In this document: positions 16,818-20,684 of the stretch, in pieces
Position numbering within the stretch: position 1 is the first letter of the stretch
How the letters are laid out: each line of letters opens with the position of its first letter
Origin: an uncultured archaeon
GTDB lineage: Archaea > Asgardarchaeota > Thorarchaeia > Thorarchaeales > Thorarchaeaceae
NCBI GenBank assembly: GCA_964458565.1
Contig: CAYWJO010000053.1
Coordinates: forward strand, 1 to 20,684
Length of the DNA: 20,684 nt
Direction of reading: 5' to 3'
Notes under the pieces: generated by a model
What the model saw: the letters and a program-made list of their open reading frames with translations, nothing else
The model's database searches: none
Told to the model about the DNA's origin: nothing
Translations under genes and position numbers: made by a program

Positions 16818-17918
16818 CTATTCGAGTTCTATTATGGGACTATCACATCGAATGCAAGTTTTAGAGTTTTTACCAATAATCGAAATTGAGGGATCGTCTT
16901 CAGGGGGGTTGATAGTATCGCAATTAATACAATACCTCTGATGATATTCTGACCTACCAGGTACGAAACGTCCTTGCGCTCGTACTACATCTTCATTGTA
17001 GTCTTCATGAAAGAGTGCAAGATAGTGTTTTTCGAATGTACGAGACCTCTGGGTATGACCAAGACGCGCTCTTATTGAAGAAGTGGGTAATAGACCAGTG
17101 CGTTCCCACCATGTTGCAGCACTCTTTCTAATAGTGTAAGCATATAATGTTCTATCTTGTCTGCGACCACGGTCTCCGATATTTTGACCTAAGGCGTGAA
17201 CTGTCATACGATAACCATTTCGAGTTGGAAAGAGAGGTCCACTTTTTGTAGGGTGATTCTCATAATAAGGAATGAACCACATGTGAGCAATCCAAGTCAT
17301 GAGATCATGTTCTTGGTATTCTCCACTTTTCTCGCGTTTAACACGAACTGACCATTCTGCATTATTATGGAATATATCTTGATAGTCAATACTCACAATC
17401 TCACCTGGTCTAAACGCGGTATCCCATGCGAAAGCAAGTAATGCTTTCCATTTCTTCGATCGAGAAGCTTGTATTAACTCGACGAGATCAGTCACTGAAA
17501 GTCTTTCTTCACGACCGTCCATTTGTCTTGGTACGGTGCTTGTGCTTTTTAGCATACGTTCAATTCTCTGTGAAAAGATAGAATCATAATCAGAACTACT
17601 GCTCAGGAGTTTCTTAATCCGACTGAAGAATGAAATTGGTTGGGTAACATCACTTAGATCATCAACATCATGCACAAATCGAATCCAATGACGAAGCGTG
17701 TTTTTTACAAGATTCATGCTATTTTGAGAGTATCTATTAGAAGCAGAGTATAGAGCTTTTTGGAGGGCAGTGATGTCCACCATGGTGAGTGATTTATTGT
17801 AATCAGTATTAGCAAAAGTTGAGAGCAATTTTAATGCCTTTTGTGCACTAACGTTTGATAATCCTCTCTCAGCTCGTAGGTATATCTCAAATGCAGACCA
17901 GTCGAATTCACTTTTCAT
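16818..17918 (-). CDS. Tyrosine-type recombinase/integrase with C-terminal zinc ribbon
   Basis: XerC/D-like N-terminus (F..YL..ERGLS), TAFRPGE (R), KSG (K), YTIRK (H-x-x-R box with Y), LGH, HY nucleophile; tail CINC...CIRC. Confidence 0.92.
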   Translation of the reverse strand: MKSEFDWSAFEIYLRAERGLSNVSAQKALKLLSTFANTDYNKSLTMVDITALQKALYSASNRYSQNSMNLVKNTLRHWIRFVHDVDDLSDVTQPISFFSRIKKLLSSSSDYDSIFSQRIERMLKSTSTVPRQMDGREERLSVTDLVELIQASRSKKWKALLAFAWDTAFRPGEIVSIDYQDIFHNNAEWSVRVKREKSGEYQEHDLMTWIAHMWFIPYYENHPTKSGPLFPTRNGYRMTVHALGQNIGDRGRRQDRTLYAYTIRKSAATWWERTGLLPTSSIRARLGHTQRSRTFEKHYLALFHEDYNEDVVRAQGRFVPGRSEYHQRYCINCDTINPPEDDPSISIIGKNSKTCIRCDSPIIELE

Positions 17919-18060
17919 TAAATTGAAGATGTCACGATGATAACAAAAGTGGTAGTAATACCCTGGTACTTCCGAAATTTGAAATGAAAAGTCTATAAGA
18001 TTTCATCTTGCTGGCTACTCTAGAGAAAAACTGCTTGTGTGAGTTTGGTGGCGTGAGCTT

Positions 18061-20139
18061 GTGAAGTCTAAAGGCATTGTATTCCTAATTATCTTATCAC
18101 TCATCCAATCAACACCGGTTGGATATGCTGCAGAAATTGTAACACATAGTGACACAATAGAAGGTTCTTCATTGTCTTTCAGACAATTGGTGCCATATCC
18201 GGAATTTTCGAGTCAACCCAATATAACAAATACAGGCACTTCGAGTCAATTCTCCTATGAGTATGAAAATAATGAAGTAAGACTCATATGGTCACATGAA
18301 GCGGGAACCCGGTTAGATTTTCGTGAACAACCTGATGAAAACTTGCCTGATTGTAAGGAATTCATCTACCTGTCACAGGATATGCATTGGCCAATTGACA
18401 ACTTCCCACTTGAGCGTAAGCTCACTGTAAACTTTCAAGTGATATTTAACGGATCATTTAATGAGGAAATTGCAGGTCCACGGATGTTCACTGTATATAT
18501 GTGGTTCATTGATTCATCAGGAAATTGGGTCAAAGTCTATGAATCATTTCCGCCGTACGTTACACAAGGTGGGAGAGAAATCATTCTAAGTAACTTTGAG
18601 GTCGAAGACATATGGGAAGGAATGATAGCCGATGAAGAAGGAAATCAAGAAAATCCGACGGATGTATTTGAGCTAGCTATAGGAATAGCGCCATCACTTA
18701 ACATGGAGAGTGATCTGTATGGAAATCCGTGGGAATTCTACAACGGATCGGTGACAGTGTCTGTGCAAGGAATTAGTTTAGAAGTATTACTCGACAGTGG
18801 AGGTAATCCACAGGCTCGCACTCCATCATATTTTGGAAACATCACGTTTGGATACTATACCCTCTGCGAGGATATGACATTTGATAGTATAGGGAATGTT
18901 TACACAGTAGGCACAATCATGGATTATACTGACAGAGTCTATTGTCTTGTTCTAACTAAATGGGATTCTAACGCTCAAATTCAATGGACAAAATTATGGA
19001 ATGGAACACCGTATGCTCAGGGTCACGGTATTGCTACGAATGAGAACAATATCTACACCGTTGGTTCTGTATTTAATGAAAGTGGTAACCTGGATTTTTC
19101 CATAGTAAAATGGGATACTAATGGAAACGTTAATTGGGAAAAGACGTGGGATGGCGAGGAGTCATGGCTTGATCTGGAACCTTATTTGGAAAATCGTCTT
19201 GGACCGGACTATGAGATTCTAAATCATTCGTTTTCTGATGATAGAGGGTTAGCTATCGAAATCAATGATAATGGAGATTTACTCTCACTTGTTAAGAGTT
19301 CTTTTAATATGGATTTGTATAATGAAGAAAGTGACGCCATCCATTCATATTCAGCCGACATTCTGACACTACTCATTCATAGTCAGGACGGGAATCTTCT
19401 ACAAACTGAGATAATCGACATGAACTCATGGATATGGGATGAATATGTTGATATTCAAATATCGGATAATTACATTTACACAATAGGTTCCAATATAACG
19501 AAACTAGATAAGGAATACAACATCGAATGGTCTACCTTGGGATGGGGTGACTTTATTGTAAGAAAAGACGACGTTTTTTGTAATAGTGCAGGTTATGATA
19601 GTTGGGAGATCTATGAATTCCTTCTAGACCCTTCTTTCCCATACTTTAATAATTTTTCATGGTTCTGGCACGGAATATTGGATCTAGGTGATTCTCCATG
19701 GTTGCCTTCCTACTATAACGGACCATCTACATACCTATCAGATAACTCAATTATTTCCATGATGGAACTGTCGTACTACTATCCGGATATATATCAAACT
19801 GGCGATTCAAATTCTTATTCTCTATCAGAACTATATCTTGTGAAATTGAATGCCTCTCACCAAATAGAATGGTTAGACAGAATAGAACTGGATTATTGGC
19901 CTTCAGCTACCCTAGATCAGGGTAATGGAATTCTCAAATATCGTGAATCTACGGGACAGATTCTATTTGCAGGAACATCATATGCTGGAATTTCACTCTA
20001 CATATTTAATGATCGCTCAGTTGCACCTCCTGGATATGATTTTGGGATTGTAATTTATGGAGTATCAGCTGCTCTCATTGGTTTAGTGGCGGTTGATTAT
20101 TTGAGACGAAGAAGGAATGCGAGTTCATCGGAAATTTGA
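18061..20139 (+). CDS. Secreted, C-terminally membrane-anchored acidic cell-surface protein with beta-propeller-like repeats
   Basis: N-terminal signal peptide; repeats D..GNVYTVG...L.KWD.N....W.K.W.G; C-terminal TM helix followed by RRRR. Confidence 0.8.
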   Translation: MKSKGIVFLIILSLIQSTPVGYAAEIVTHSDTIEGSSLSFRQLVPYPEFSSQPNITNTGTSSQFSYEYENNEVRLIWSHEAGTRLDFREQPDENLPDCKEFIYLSQDMHWPIDNFPLERKLTVNFQVIFNGSFNEEIAGPRMFTVYMWFIDSSGNWVKVYESFPPYVTQGGREIILSNFEVEDIWEGMIADEEGNQENPTDVFELAIGIAPSLNMESDLYGNPWEFYNGSVTVSVQGISLEVLLDSGGNPQARTPSYFGNITFGYYTLCEDMTFDSIGNVYTVGTIMDYTDRVYCLVLTKWDSNAQIQWTKLWNGTPYAQGHGIATNENNIYTVGSVFNESGNLDFSIVKWDTNGNVNWEKTWDGEESWLDLEPYLENRLGPDYEILNHSFSDDRGLAIEINDNGDLLSLVKSSFNMDLYNEESDAIHSYSADILTLLIHSQDGNLLQTEIIDMNSWIWDEYVDIQISDNYIYTIGSNITKLDKEYNIEWSTLGWGDFIVRKDDVFCNSAGYDSWEIYEFLLDPSFPYFNNFSWFWHGILDLGDSPWLPSYYNGPSTYLSDNSIISMMELSYYYPDIYQTGDSNSYSLSELYLVKLNASHQIEWLDRIELDYWPSATLDQGNGILKYRESTGQILFAGTSYAGISLYIFNDRSVAPPGYDFGIVIYGVSAALIGLVAVDYLRRRRNASSSEI

Positions 20140-20292
20140 CATATCATTAGTTGAAAATAGACATAATCACATATCATTTATATCCCAAAGGTTCTAAACA
20201 TGGCATAGAATGTACGGAATATGTGCAGGTAACTAGTATAAGTCGCTTGTACAACATGTAGATAACATGAATATCATACGGTTGGCTTAGAA

Positions 20293-20655
20293 ATGGTAAG
20301 TATATTCATAATTGACGATGAAGTCATTTTGCACCGCTTGTACAAAGATGTGTTTGCAATAAAAGGTCATGAAGTTGTTGCAGACGCATATGATGGAGAA
20401 GAAGCGGTAAATAAGTTTCATACCATGGAACCTAAGCCAGATGTTATCATTCTTGACCATCGAATGCCAAATCGAGATGGAATCGAAGCGATGAAAGATA
20501 TCCTCATAATTCAACCTGAGGCCAAAATCGTGTTCATCTCTGCAGATGCAAATGTTAGAGAAGAAGCCATGAGTAAAGGTGCTGTAAGTTTTGGTCTAAA
20601 ACCAGTAACCATCAGACATATGCTGGAACTTGTCGAGAGTGCAGTTGATCATTAG
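20293..20655 (+). CDS. Stand-alone response regulator receiver domain (CheY-like)
   Basis: IIDDE, ILDHRMP.RDG, ISA, KP motifs; 120 aa. Confidence 0.95.
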   Translation: MVSIFIIDDEVILHRLYKDVFAIKGHEVVADAYDGEEAVNKFHTMEPKPDVIILDHRMPNRDGIEAMKDILIIQPEAKIVFISADANVREEAMSKGAVSFGLKPVTIRHMLELVESAVDH

Positions 20656-20684
20656 ACTGTCGACTATTCCCGCTAAGGCAGGGA

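Noticed and set aside
1491-20514. Short antisense or overlapping ORFs in the track (e.g. 1491-1679, 2003-2359, 2803-3114, 4616-4852, 6588-7037 set, 7972-8292, 9489-9809, 13694-14071, 15401-15628, 20287-20514)
   Set aside because: They are shadows of well-supported genes and have no recognisable motifs.

Overview
AT-rich archaeal DNA. GGTGA-type Shine-Dalgarno motifs, TATA boxes, a DUF106/EMC3-like insertase and a geranylgeranyl reductase point to an archaeon; an Asgard/Thorarchaeia-like origin is my inference and is not proven. The window has three parts. (1) 1-11.5 kb: a divergently transcribed amino-acid/peptide catabolic cluster (M19, MmgE/PrpD, TIGR04076-like, Cys-tailed hypothetical, AstE/AspA | SelA-like PLP enzyme, CysK-like PLP enzyme, M24, cupin | M20, MFS). 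Several of its enzymes have substituted catalytic or metal-binding residues. (2) 11.6-16.4 kb: SGNH hydrolase, MFS, DUF106, an 89-aa hypothetical and a GGR-family oxidoreductase. Two intergenic regions here are packed with an oriented GTAMACG motif (11 copies). (3) 16.4-20.7 kb: a 352-bp non-coding module bounded by perfect 12-bp (imperfect 30-bp) inverted repeats, with a 35-bp loxP-like palindrome almost exactly at its midpoint. It lies 13 bp downstream of a Zn-ribbon tyrosine recombinase, which is followed by a membrane-anchored surface protein and a CheY-like receiver. The recombinase plus this symmetric site is the best candidate for an undescribed system: an invertible switch or an att/resolution site with arm repeats.
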